Shown: positions 55,871-64,000 of the stretch, piece after piece
Numbering within the stretch: the stretch's first letter is position 1
Layout: every line of letters starts with the position of its first letter
From: Candidatus Limnocylindria bacterium
GTDB taxonomy: Bacteria > Chloroflexota > Limnocylindria > Limnocylindrales > CSP1-4
DNA: 64,000 nt
Direction: 5' to 3'
NCBI GenBank assembly: GCA_046566045.1
Contig: JBKHXL010000014.1
Coordinates: forward strand, 4,917-68,916
Made by a program: the position numbers and the translations under genes
Notes under the pieces: model-generated
Seen by the model: the letters and a program-made list of their open reading frames with translations, nothing else
Told to the model about the DNA's origin: nothing
The model's database searches: none

Positions 55871-57039
55871 GCCTGGCCTCCGGCCGCCTCGGGGGCGGGT
55901 TCGATGAGCTTCCTGACCGCCTCGCTCACGACCTTGCCGTCGTGGGTGATGACGGTGGCGGCGGTCACCTCGTCCTCGAAGTCGAGGTGCAGGGCGCCGT
56001 CCTTGATCATCCCGAGCAGCAGCGTCGAGATGTTGCGCGCATAGAAGGCGGACGCGCCGGCCGGCATCGATGCGGGCAGATTGTCCGGGGCGATGATGGT
56101 CACGCCGTTGGGCGTCTCGACCGTCTCGCCCGCCTTGCTCAGCTCGCAGTTGCCGCCGAGCGCGGACGCCGCCATGTCGACGATGACCGAGCCCGACTTC
56201 ATGCGGCCGACCGCGTCGGCGGTCACCAGGACCGGCGGCTTGCGACCCGGAACCTGGGCGGTGGTGATGACCACGTCCATCGTGCCGATGGCCTCGTTGA
56301 GATCGGCCTGCTGGGCCGCTCGCTCCTCGGCGGTCAGCTCGCGGGCGTAGCCGCCGGCGCCGGTCGCGTCGATCTGGGTCTTGAGCTTGACGAACTTGGC
56401 ACCGAGGCTCTCCGCCTGCTCGCGGGTCTCGGGCCGGACGTCGTAGGCGTGGACGATGGCGCCGAGGCGCTTCGCCGTGCCGATGGCCTGCAGGCCGGCG
56501 ACGCCGATGCCGAGGATGAGCACGTTGGCCGGCTTGGCCGTGCCCGCCGCGGTCGTCAGCAGCGGGAAGTAGCGCGGGTACGCGTTCGCCGCGATGAGCA
56601 CCGCCTTGTAGCCGCCGACGTTCGCCTGCGAGCTGAGGGCGTCCATCGTCTGGGCGCGCGACAGCGTGCGCGGGATGGCGTCGAGGCTGATCGCTGTGAC
56701 ACCACGGGCCGCGAGGGCCTTGGCCAGCGCCGGGTCGATGAGCGGCTGGAGGAAGCCGATCACGGCCTGGCCGGAGCGCAGCTTGGCCACCTCGGCCGCG
56801 GACGGCTTGGCGACCTTCAGGATCACGTCCGACTCGGCGTACAGCCGGTCGGTCGGGACGATGGTCGCGCCCGCGTCGGCGTAGGCGCTGTCGAGGTAGG
56901 CCGAGCCGGCGCCTGCGCCGGACTCGACGAGGATCTCGCACCCGGCGGCCTGCAGCTTGCCGAGCGCTTCGGGTACCAGGGCGACGCGCCGCTCTCCGGG
57001 CGCGGTCTCCGTGGCGACACCGACCTTCATGGGCACCAC
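55867..57039 (-). CDS. pntAA: NAD(P) transhydrogenase subunit alpha part 1 (NAD(H)-binding domain I)
   Basis: Alanine-dehydrogenase/PNT N- and C-domains, with the motif ILGIGVAGLQAIGTAKRLGA. The track start at 57039 is non-ATG; an in-frame ATG (MKVGVATE) lies 9 nt downstream. Confidence 0.85.
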   Translation of the reverse strand: MVPMKVGVATETAPGERRVALVPEALGKLQAAGCEILVESGAGAGSAYLDSAYADAGATIVPTDRLYAESDVILKVAKPSAAEVAKLRSGQAVIGFLQPLIDPALAKALAARGVTAISLDAIPRTLSRAQTMDALSSQANVGGYKAVLIAANAYPRYFPLLTTAAGTAKPANVLILGIGVAGLQAIGTAKRLGAIVHAYDVRPETREQAESLGAKFVKLKTQIDATGAGGYARELTAEERAAQQADLNEAIGTMDVVITTAQVPGRKPPVLVTADAVGRMKSGSVIVDMAASALGGNCELSKAGETVETPNGVTIIAPDNLPASMPAGASAFYARNISTLLLGMIKDGALHLDFEDEVTAATVITHDGKVVSEAVRKLIEPAPEAAGGQA

Positions 57040-57186
57040 CTGTCGTGAGGTTCGGGGTTGACGGGCCAGGCCGGTCGCCGGGCACGGACGGCCTGGGGGA
57101 CACGTGCGGTCGGGCGACAGTCTACCGTGGCGGCCGCCGGGGTTGCGACCGCGTGGAGGTTGCGGTTCGGGTGCGGGTCTCCGGGC

Positions 57187-57765
57187 TCAGCGCGCGCCCG
57201 CGCGATGGTGGTGCTCGATCGGCCGGATGCGGAAGATGAGCATGCGCAGGGCCGTCTTCCCGATGACGACGCCATCGTGTGGCACCGCCCCATCCCAGCG
57301 GAGATAGTCGCCCGGCCCGAGCTCCACGACATGCCCGGCCTGGGTGCCTCGAAAGCGACCCTCGAGCACGAGGTGGTGCTCATCGCCCGGATGGCTGTGC
57401 GCGCCGATGGCGGCCCCGGGCGGCACCGTGACCTCGATGATCGAGATCCCGCGTGTCGCATGGCCGTCGATGAACGCCGTGAGCTCGCCCGACGGCCCGC
57501 GGCGGACGGGTCGGTCGGCGGCGCGCACGACGAGCGGCGGCTCCGTGTCGGCCATGAGGAACCACGCCGGCGGCACCTGGAGCGCGTCGCCGACGGCGGC
57601 CAGCGTCGCCAGCGAGGGGGAGGCCTTGTCGTTCTCGATCTGCGACAGGTACCCCGTGTTGACGCCGCTCGATGCGGCCAGCGCGGCCAGGGTGAGTCCG
57701 CGGTCGAGTCGCCAGCGGCGCACCTGCGCGCCGACCGCCAGTCGAGGGGCCTCGTCGGTTGTCAT
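57187..57765 (-). CDS. XRE-family transcriptional regulator with C-terminal cupin domain
   Basis: HTH_3 (LGAQVRRWRLDRGLTLAALAASSGVNTGYLSQIENDKASPSLATL) plus cupin_2 (PPGAAIGAHSHPGDEHHLVLEG). Confidence 0.8.
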   Translation of the reverse strand: MTTDEAPRLAVGAQVRRWRLDRGLTLAALAASSGVNTGYLSQIENDKASPSLATLAAVGDALQVPPAWFLMADTEPPLVVRAADRPVRRGPSGELTAFIDGHATRGISIIEVTVPPGAAIGAHSHPGDEHHLVLEGRFRGTQAGHVVELGPGDYLRWDGAVPHDGVVIGKTALRMLIFRIRPIEHHHRAGAR

Positions 57766-57894
57766 TTGCTCTCCCTAAACAAGTATTGACAGAAGTGTAC
57801 ACGACCGGGTATCGTTGCGGCATCAACGACACAGGGTCACGTGCAGCACCGGCCACTCGCGTCGGTCACGTCGCCCGGACGGAGGATCGCCACC

Positions 57895-58542
57895 ATGCGT
57901 ATCGCCATCATCGGAGCCGGCAACGTCGGCACTGCCCTTGCCACCGCGTTCGTGCGCGCCGGCCACGACGTCGTCATCGCGTCGCGCGACGCCCAGGACG
58001 CCGCCGCGGCCGCCGCGGCCAGCGGCGCCCGCGTCGCCGCGAGCAACGTTGCCGCGGCCGAGGGCGCGGACGTGATCATCCCGGCCGTGTACTTCCCGAG
58101 CCTGGCCGATGTCGCCGCGGAGATCGCCACGGTCGCCGCCGGGGTCCCCGTCGTCGATGTCAGCAACCGGATCGCGTTCGGGGCCAGCGGTCCCGAGATC
58201 GACACCACCTCGTCCAACGCCGAGGCCCTGGCCGAGCTCCTGCCCGGTTCGCCCGTCGTGAAGGCGTTCAACACGGTGTTCGCCGCGCGCCAGCTCGATC
58301 CGGTCATCGACGGCGTCCGGCTCGATGGCTTCGTGGCCGGCGACGACGCCGCAGCCAAGGCGCTCGTCCTCGGATTGGCCGCGTCCATCGGCCTGAACCC
58401 GGTCGACGTCGGACCGCTCGCCCGCGCCCGTCAGCTGGAGGGCCTGGCCTTCCTGAACATGGCCCTCAACATCGCCCACGAGGGCACGTGGCAATCGGGC
58501 TGGTCGCTGGTGGGGGCGCCGACGGCAGGGGTGGCCGCATGA
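57895..58542 (+). CDS. NADP-dependent F420 reductase-like / NAD(P)-binding Rossmann-fold oxidoreductase (Npd/FNO family)
   Basis: MRIAIIGAGNVGTALATAF dinucleotide fold. ATG 57895 with GGAGGA 8 nt upstream. The track ORF N-terminus is rejected. Confidence 0.7.
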   Translation: MRIAIIGAGNVGTALATAFVRAGHDVVIASRDAQDAAAAAAASGARVAASNVAAAEGADVIIPAVYFPSLADVAAEIATVAAGVPVVDVSNRIAFGASGPEIDTTSSNAEALAELLPGSPVVKAFNTVFAARQLDPVIDGVRLDGFVAGDDAAAKALVLGLAASIGLNPVDVGPLARARQLEGLAFLNMALNIAHEGTWQSGWSLVGAPTAGVAA

Positions 58543-59079
58543 CCGCGGCCGACGCCCTCGACAGCCCGCGCGGCGCGTCGCAGACTTCGGTCATGAGCAT
58601 CCCGGTCGCCCGCCTCAATCACGCCGTCCTGTATGTCCGCGACGCGCGCCGCGGAGTTCTACAGCCGCGTCTTCGGCTTCGAGGTCGTCGAGTCGGCGTT
58701 CGGCGGGCGCGCCGTGTTCATGCGCTCCCCGTCGGGCGACAACCACCATGACCTCGGCCTGTTCTCGGTCGGGCCGGAGGCGCCCCGCGCGCCGCGCGGG
58801 TCGACCGGCCTGTACCACCTCGCCTGGGAGGTGCCGACCATCGACGACCTGGCCGCCGCGGCCAGGGTGCTGTCCGAGGCCGGCGCGCTGAGCGGGGCGT
58901 CCGATCACGGCGTCAGCAAGTCGCTGTACGGCGCCGACCCGGACGGCAACGAGTTCGAGATCATGTGGCGCGTCCCGCGCGAGGCGTGGGGCGAGTACGC
59001 GGACAAGGGCGTGGTCATGCCCCTCGACCTCGACGCGGAGGTCCGCCGCTGGGGCTCGGCCGGAGCCGCTCGGGCCTGA
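58539..59079 (+). pseudogene. VOC-family (glyoxalase/bleomycin-resistance/dioxygenase) gene interrupted by a +1 frameshift near 58644-58653
   Basis: ATG 58539 overlaps the upstream stop (ATGA). The N-terminus MSIPVARLNHAVLYVRDA runs in one frame. The rest (AEFYSRVFGFEVVE...HHDLGLF...EFEIMW) continues in the +1 frame (track ORF 58633..59079). The junction lies in the run gcgcgccgcgg. Confidence 0.6.
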
Positions 59080-59160
59080 CGCTTGTGGATGGGCCGGCCG
59101 GGCCGAGCGCCATGACATCGAGGTCTCGGACGACAGCGATGTGGTCTTCGCCGCCAGGCG

Positions 59161-59889
59161 CTAGCGGGCGGCGGCGACCGTGACCAGGGTCAGGATGTAC
59201 GTGTGGCCCACCGCTCCCCACACGATCGAACGGGTGCGCCACGCCAGCCAGCCGTAGACCAGGCCGCCGGCGAGCGTGGACAGCAGCTCCAGCTCGGGCT
59301 TGCCCAGGTGGCCGAACACGAACGGCAGGGCGGCCACCACCACGCCGACCGGTCCCATGATCCGGAGCAGGGTCATCAGCAGGAAGCCGCGGAAGGCGAA
59401 CTCGGCAGCCGCCAGGTCCAGGACGTTGGTCAGGACCAGCTCCGGGAGCGGCGCGGCGCTCGGGCCGTAGTAGGCGCGCACGTCCGGCAGGGTCGCGAAC
59501 CACAGCACGATCGGCGTCATCACGGCGCAGCCGGCCAGCATCAGGCCGAGGCCCCAGCGCCAGTCACCGAGGGTCAGTCCGTAGCGGACCGGTCGGTCGC
59601 GGAACGCGACGAGGACCGTGAGCAGCGGGACGATCCCGAACAGGATGGCGCGCTCGACCGACGTCGCGAGCATCGCGGCCGGGGCGCGGCCGAGGTCCAC
59701 GACGTCGGCGGGGAGGAACGTCCTCGAGTAGTCGAGCAGGAGCACCATCGTGACCACGGCGATGGCGACGGTGGCTCGGACGGGCAGGCGCAGGCCCAGC
59801 ACGTCCACGGTCGCGCGGTCCCCGCTGTCGGCCGGCCACGACGGCCCCGCCGACATCGCCGCCAGGGCGCCCCGGAGTCGTCCGGTCAT
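59161..59889 (-). CDS. CPBP-family intramembrane glutamic endopeptidase (CAAX protease / Abi family)
   Basis: 242 aa from ATG 59889. Conserved motifs: EExxxR-like (AAAEFAFRGFLL), FxxxH (FVFGHLGK) and a C-terminal His (WGAVGH). Confidence 0.75.
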   Translation of the reverse strand: MTGRLRGALAAMSAGPSWPADSGDRATVDVLGLRLPVRATVAIAVVTMVLLLDYSRTFLPADVVDLGRAPAAMLATSVERAILFGIVPLLTVLVAFRDRPVRYGLTLGDWRWGLGLMLAGCAVMTPIVLWFATLPDVRAYYGPSAAPLPELVLTNVLDLAAAEFAFRGFLLMTLLRIMGPVGVVVAALPFVFGHLGKPELELLSTLAGGLVYGWLAWRTRSIVWGAVGHTYILTLVTVAAAR

Positions 59890-60962
59890 CGCCGGCCGAT
59901 CCCGCTCGCGATGGCGATCCCGACGAGGATCACGGCCGCGCCCGCCAGTTGCAGTGGCGCGAGCGTGTCGCCGAGCAGCAGCACGGCGAGCACGGCCGAG
60001 GCGACCGGCGTCAGCAGCAGGGCCGCGGACGTCCGCCCGGCGGGGACCCGCCGGACGCTCGCCACGAGCAGCAGATTCGCGCTCGAGCTCGACCCGAGGG
60101 CGATCGACAGGAGGGCGACGACCGCAGCGAGGTCCGGGGCGGCGGGGAGCAGGGTCTCCGGGGAGCGCACCAGCTCGATCACCAGCAGCACCGGACCGCG
60201 ACCGACGAGGTTGCCGATCGTGATGAGCGTGCCGTCGAGGGCATAGCGGCGGCTCCAGCGCCGGGCCAGGACGATGTACAGCCCGAACCCGACGGCCCCG
60301 CTGAGCGCCAGGCCGACGCCCGCCAGCAAGTCGAGGTCCGGCGCCTGACCCGCGAGCAGCCCCGTCCCGATGACGGCGACAGCGAACGCGACCACGGTCG
60401 AGGCGCGCACCCGCTCGCCCAGGATCGGGACCGCCAGCAGCGCGGCGGCCACCGCGTACAGCGGGGTCACGAACCCCGTGATGGTCGGGCCGCTGAGCGC
60501 GACCGCCACGTTGATCGCGGCGATGAACAGCAGCCCGCCCAGGACGGACAGCACGGCCAGGCGGAGGAGGCGCGGGCCGTCGAGCCCGCGCAGCGTGGGC
60601 CGCGGCAGCCACCCGACGAGGCCCAGGGCGACGACCACCGGCAGCGCCAGGGTGCACGCCAGCGCCGCGATGCCGAGCGGCGTGAACGACCGGAGGGCCA
60701 CGGCCGTGGCCGGGTAGGCGGCCCCGTAGATGATGGCCGCTGCGGCCGCGAAGGCCAGGCCGGCCCGCTCATCGCGGGCGGCGACACCCCCGCGGTCCGG
60801 GCCGTTCAGGCCCCGAACCAGGCGGTCAGGCGCTCCCGCTCGAAGGCCTGCTTGGCCGCGAAGTTCGCCTCGCTGTCGTCGGCCAGCGAGACGGCCGGCG
60901 GGTCGGCGTAGAAGTCGCCGGCGACCATCGTCGCGCGGCCGCCGCCCGTCTCGAGGAAGCAC
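59886..60962 (-). CDS. DMT-superfamily (EamA-like) transporter; start uncertain
   Basis: Ten TM helices and two EamA-like halves. Its stop overlaps the CPBP start (ATGA). The first 60 aa of the track ORF are Arg-rich and overlap the 3' end of the SQR-like gene by 157 nt. No ATG or GTG lies closer to TM1. Confidence 0.55.
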   Translation of the reverse strand: MLPRDGRRPRDDGRRRLLRRPAGRLAGRRQRGELRGQAGLRAGAPDRLVRGLNGPDRGGVAARDERAGLAFAAAAAIIYGAAYPATAVALRSFTPLGIAALACTLALPVVVALGLVGWLPRPTLRGLDGPRLLRLAVLSVLGGLLFIAAINVAVALSGPTITGFVTPLYAVAAALLAVPILGERVRASTVVAFAVAVIGTGLLAGQAPDLDLLAGVGLALSGAVGFGLYIVLARRWSRRYALDGTLITIGNLVGRGPVLLVIELVRSPETLLPAAPDLAAVVALLSIALGSSSSANLLLVASVRRVPAGRTSAALLLTPVASAVLAVLLLGDTLAPLQLAGAAVILVGIAIASGIGRR

Positions 60963-61945
60963 ATGCCGTTGCCGGTGAACGTCGCGCTCGACGGCCGCCC
61001 GGCGAGCTCGTCGGCGATGCGGGTCGCGACGACCTCGCCCTCGGCGTGGGCGAACACCCCGGCCTTGGGCAGGGGATTGCCGTTCGCCAGCGGGATGGCC
61101 GTCACGTCCCCGATCGCGTAGACGCCCGGGAACGCGGTCTGGAGCGTGGCGCGGTCCACCGGGACCCAGCCGCTCGGTCCGGTCAGGCCGGCCTCGGCCA
61201 CGACCGGTGGCACGCGATGGGGTGGCACGCCGATGAGCAGGTCGAACGGCAGGCGCACGCCGTCGGCGGTGATGACCGCCCCCGGCTCGACCGCCGTGGC
61301 GATGGTCCTGGGGCGGAGCGTGATCCCGGCGTCGGCAAGGCGCCCGTCGAACGCCGCACAGCCGTCCGTGCCGAGGATGGGCAGCGAGCCGGCCTGCGGC
61401 GTGAACACCAGCATCCCGCCGGGGACGCCGCGGGCCTCGAGCCGCTCCATGAGGAGCAGCGCGAGTTCATACGGACCGGGCGGGCACGGATACGGCGCGC
61501 CGAAGATCCCCACGATCACCCGCCCCCCCGCGAAGGCATCGATGCGCGCCGCGTTGGCGCCGCTGGCGGCGGTGTCGTACGCGTCGAGGGCGTGGTCGCG
61601 GAATCCGGGGATCGCGTCCGGATGGCGTTGCGCACCGAGCGCGATGACCACGGCGTCGGCCTCGAGGCGCCGGCCGCCCACGACGGCCGCCCGGGCGGCC
61701 GGGTCGATCGACTCGACCGTGGCGGCGACCACGCGGATGCCACGCCCCTCGAGACTCGCCAGCGACCGCTCGCCCTCGGCGATCGTGGACGTGCCGGCGA
61801 GCGCCCAGTTCTTGCGCAGGCCCATCACGAACGTCGGTCGCCGCTCGACGAGGATCACCTCGTCGTCGGGCTCGAGCTCCCGCCGCAGGGCGACCGCGGT
61901 GGCGATCCCGCCGAATCCTCCTCCGAGGACGAGTACCCGATGCAT
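60806..61945 (-). CDS. FAD-dependent pyridine-nucleotide-disulfide oxidoreductase, sulfide:quinone oxidoreductase-like
   Basis: 379 aa. N-terminal VLVLGGGFGGIATA, a second Rossmann region, and the Cys-containing motif GNGMCFLETG. Confidence 0.7.
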   Translation of the reverse strand: MHRVLVLGGGFGGIATAVALRRELEPDDEVILVERRPTFVMGLRKNWALAGTSTIAEGERSLASLEGRGIRVVAATVESIDPAARAAVVGGRRLEADAVVIALGAQRHPDAIPGFRDHALDAYDTAASGANAARIDAFAGGRVIVGIFGAPYPCPPGPYELALLLMERLEARGVPGGMLVFTPQAGSLPILGTDGCAAFDGRLADAGITLRPRTIATAVEPGAVITADGVRLPFDLLIGVPPHRVPPVVAEAGLTGPSGWVPVDRATLQTAFPGVYAIGDVTAIPLANGNPLPKAGVFAHAEGEVVATRIADELAGRPSSATFTGNGMCFLETGGGRATMVAGDFYADPPAVSLADDSEANFAAKQAFERERLTAWFGA

Positions 61946-62089
61946 GCGATCCCTCCGCGGCGTCGTGTGGCGTCCAGTCTACGGCGGGCGGGCAGGGACC
62001 CGACGGGTCGACCGGGCCGGGTGTAATCGCCGGCGCCGCTCGTCGTTGTCAGGGGCGAACGACCTCCTCCTGCCTGAGGGATACCTGCC

Positions 62090-63082
62090 ATGCGACGATC
62101 GATCCGACCCTTGGCCGCGACGGCCGCCCTGCTGCTCGCCCTGTCGGTGCCCGCGACGGCTCTCGGCCAGGCCGGCGCCGCGGCACGACCCTCCGACGAG
62201 CCGGGCACCACCGTCGCCATCGGGCGGACGGCCCATGCCGGCGCCAAGCTGGCGCGCCTCGCCATCGCCCACGCGAGGCTGGCGGCGCACCGCCCGGCGG
62301 CGCTCGGCGCCGCGCTCCCGGCCGGCCTGACCGACCCGGCGCCCGCCGTCCCGATCGTCGCTCCGGCGGCATCGACGACGCCGGCCGCCGACGCGCGCCC
62401 CGCGGTCTCGATCACCCTGGGCTGCACCGTCGTGCGCCGCGACGGCGCGGCCTCCGACAGCCTGCTCGGGCCCGAGTACCGCGTCGCGGTCGCCTGTCGC
62501 TGGTCCAGGCCCGAGGACGCTCGCGTGCGCGCCTACAAGCTGTGGCGGATCAAGGACGGCGGGACACGCACGCTGATCGCGGTCGTGCCGGCCAGCCAGC
62601 CGCTGCGCTACCTCGACACGCGCGTCTCCTTCGGCCATCGCTACACCTACGCGGTCGTCGGCGTGAAGGCGAACGGCGTGGCCGTCGCGGTCAGCAAGCC
62701 GGTCACGGTCAGGCTCCCGCCCGGCGCGGAGACGATCCGCCTCGGCTGCGCGCTCGGCGCCGTCGACGACAAGCGCGGCGTCATCTGCGCGTGGTCCGAG
62801 GCGCGGCACCCGGCCGCTGCCGGATACGTCCTGTGGCGGTCCGTCGACGGCGGCGCGCGACAGGCCGTCCATCGAACCGGCCTGGACGGGCGGCGCGCCT
62901 TCCTCGACACCGATGTGCGTCGCGGCCAGGTCATCCGCTACGCCGTCGTCGTGGTGGACGAGGCCGGCCACCCGGTCGGTCTCGGCGGTCCGGTCGTCGT
63001 CCGGATCCCCTCGCCCGAGCCGCTGCCGGCCGCGACCGGTGACCCGGCCCCGACCGGCGCTCCCGCCGAGCCCACCCCGTAG
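62090..63082 (+). CDS. Secreted protein with two FN3/Ig-like domains (same domain family as 2860..3975 and the anti-sigma C-terminus)
   Basis: Signal peptide MRRSIRPLAATAALLLALSVPATALG. Two repeats each carry C...C/W/Y-x-Y patterns (ITLGCTVV...YKLWRI...YTYAVVGV and IRLGCALG...YVLWRS...IRYAVVVV). RBS GAGGGA upstream. It lies 6 bp upstream of the ECF sigma gene. Confidence 0.7.
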   Translation: MRRSIRPLAATAALLLALSVPATALGQAGAAARPSDEPGTTVAIGRTAHAGAKLARLAIAHARLAAHRPAALGAALPAGLTDPAPAVPIVAPAASTTPAADARPAVSITLGCTVVRRDGAASDSLLGPEYRVAVACRWSRPEDARVRAYKLWRIKDGGTRTLIAVVPASQPLRYLDTRVSFGHRYTYAVVGVKANGVAVAVSKPVTVRLPPGAETIRLGCALGAVDDKRGVICAWSEARHPAAAGYVLWRSVDGGARQAVHRTGLDGRRAFLDTDVRRGQVIRYAVVVVDEAGHPVGLGGPVVVRIPSPEPLPAATGDPAPTGAPAEPTP

Positions 63083-63088
63083 GCGGGC

Positions 63089-63703
63089 GTGCCGGGCGAC
63101 GGTCGCAGCGAGGCCGTCACACTGGAGCCAGTGGATCGTGAGCACGAGGCTGAGCGCGACGAGCGGACGCTGGTCGAACGCGCCCGGACCGACGCGGAGG
63201 CGTTCGCCGAGCTGTACCGGCGGTACCTCCCGCGCGTCCACGCCTTCGCCTATCGACGGACCGGGTCGGTCGAGGTCGCCGAGGACGTCACGGCGGCCTC
63301 GTTCGAGCGAGCGTGGCGCAGCCTCGGCTCGTTCTCGTGGCGGGCCGGCGGCTTCGGCCCGTGGCTCTTCCGGATCGTCTCGAACGAGCTGGTGGACCAC
63401 TACCGCCGCACGGCCCGGGCCGGATCGGACCGCGCCCGCGGCGCCGCAGCCGCGCTCCACCCCGGCGGTCCGGGCGACCCGGGCGAGGCGCTCGACGAGC
63501 GCGAGTCCACGGCGGAGGTCCTGGCCGCGATGAGCACGCTCAGCCCGCGCTACCAGCGCGCCCTGTCGCTGCGCTACCTGTCCGGCCTGACGCTCGACGA
63601 AGCGGCGGCCGCGATGGGGACGTCCCGGGCGACGATGGCGGTCATCGTCCACCGGGCGACGCGCGCCCTGCGGCGCGCCCTCAGCATGGAGGCGCCGCGA
63701 TGA
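63089..63703 (+). CDS. ECF (group IV) RNA polymerase sigma factor
   Basis: Region 2 (DAEAFAELYRRYLPRVHAFAYRRTG) and region 4 (LSPRYQRALSLRYLSGLTLDEAAAAMGTSRATMAVIVHRA). The start codon is non-ATG. Confidence 0.85.
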   Translation: MPGDGRSEAVTLEPVDREHEAERDERTLVERARTDAEAFAELYRRYLPRVHAFAYRRTGSVEVAEDVTAASFERAWRSLGSFSWRAGGFGPWLFRIVSNELVDHYRRTARAGSDRARGAAAALHPGGPGDPGEALDERESTAEVLAAMSTLSPRYQRALSLRYLSGLTLDEAAAAMGTSRATMAVIVHRATRALRRALSMEAPR

Positions 63704-64000
63704 GCGACGAGGTCCGCCGGCGGCTGGAGGCGGCCGGCGAGCGGCCGGCCCCGGCGCCCCGACCGGCGTTCGCCGCGGCGCTCGAGGAGCGCCTCGCGGC
63801 GCTCGCGGCCGATCCTCGGCCGGCCGCACCGTCCGCACCGTCCACGCCCCTCCGGCGATGGCCCGTGCTGCGGCCGGCGCTCGCGATCGCGGCGGCCGTG
63901 GTCGTGCTCGTGGTGGCGTCGCTCGGCGTCGGCCTCCGGCAGCCGGCCTACGCGTTCGAGCTCAGCGCGGCGTCCGGCGTCGAGGTCGAACTGGTCGACG
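63700..64000 (+). CDS. Anti-sigma factor, 3'-truncated by the window edge
   Basis: ATGA overlap with the sigma stop. Short cytoplasmic N-terminus, then the TM segment VLRPALAIAAAVVVLVVASLGVGL. The remainder is missing. Confidence 0.65.
   Translation, partial: MSDEVRRRLEAAGERPAPAPRPAFAAALEERLAALAADPRPAAPSAPSTPLRRWPVLRPALAIAAAVVVLVVASLGVGLRQPAYAFELSAASGVEVELVD

Overview
This window is high-GC (about 70%) and gene-dense, and looks actinobacterial. Nearly every codon-biased ORF has a GC-rich antisense shadow ORF; I treat those shadows as artefacts.

Recognisable content, left to right:
- The 3' end of an enoyl-CoA hydratase gene (1..357).
- A minus-strand three-gene module: membrane-anchored tandem FN3-like protein, ECF sigma factor, anti-sigma factor. 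The anti-sigma factor's extracytoplasmic domains are paralogous to the FN3 protein.
- A heliorhodopsin gene (4206..5063).
- A TetR regulator followed by a translationally coupled phenylacetate-CoA catabolic operon (paaABCD, paaH, paaJ) with no paaE.
- A lower-GC patch (about 10.7-12.4 kb) carrying a lipoprotein gene and an IscA/HesB-type Fe-S protein gene.
- A membrane GGDEF diguanylate cyclase and a Lon-N domain protein.
- A 575-bp gene-free convergent spacer that holds repeated GATGCG motifs and a perfect palindrome.
- A sulfite-oxidase-family molybdoenzyme, a GT2 glycosyltransferase, a flippase-like protein, YeiH, and an IclR regulator.
- A quaternary-amine (betaine-type) catabolic island: enolase-superfamily enzyme, aldehyde dehydrogenase, MttB-family methyltransferase, dimethylglycine-dehydrogenase-like enzyme, heterotetrameric sarcosine oxidase (soxA, soxG, soxB, soxD) and an Fe-ADH. 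A vapBC toxin-antitoxin pair is inserted into it.
- About 1 kb of repeat-rich non-coding DNA, and a (GGGAC)n microsatellite with G-quadruplex potential upstream of an LLM-class oxidoreductase gene.
- A GNAT gene, an ATP-dependent DNA ligase, a rhodanese and a class V aminotransferase.
- A tRNA whose anticodon loop reads TAT (Ile-UAU).
- A downstream NERD-domain protein, a secreted protein with a Pro/Thr-rich linker, an orphan DNA methyltransferase and a large LuxR-family (LAL) regulator.
- A DUF4349 lipoprotein, AlaX-like and YbaK-like tRNA editing factors, a cupredoxin lipoprotein, an RCK K+ channel, pntAA-pntAB-pntB, an XRE-cupin regulator, an F420-reductase-like gene, and a VOC-family gene carrying a frameshift.
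- A CPBP protease, DMT transporter and SQR-like oxidoreductase cluster.
- A second secreted-FN3, ECF sigma, anti-sigma module at the right edge, cut off by the window.

The points I find most interesting are the duplicated FN3-partner/ECF-sigma/anti-sigma module, the heliorhodopsin locus, the G-quadruplex microsatellite and repeat region flanking the LLM gene, the apparent tRNA-Ile(UAU), the MttB-containing betaine island that has no corrinoid partner, and the motif-rich 575-bp spacer.

Coordinates are 1-based, and ORF ends include the stop codon.
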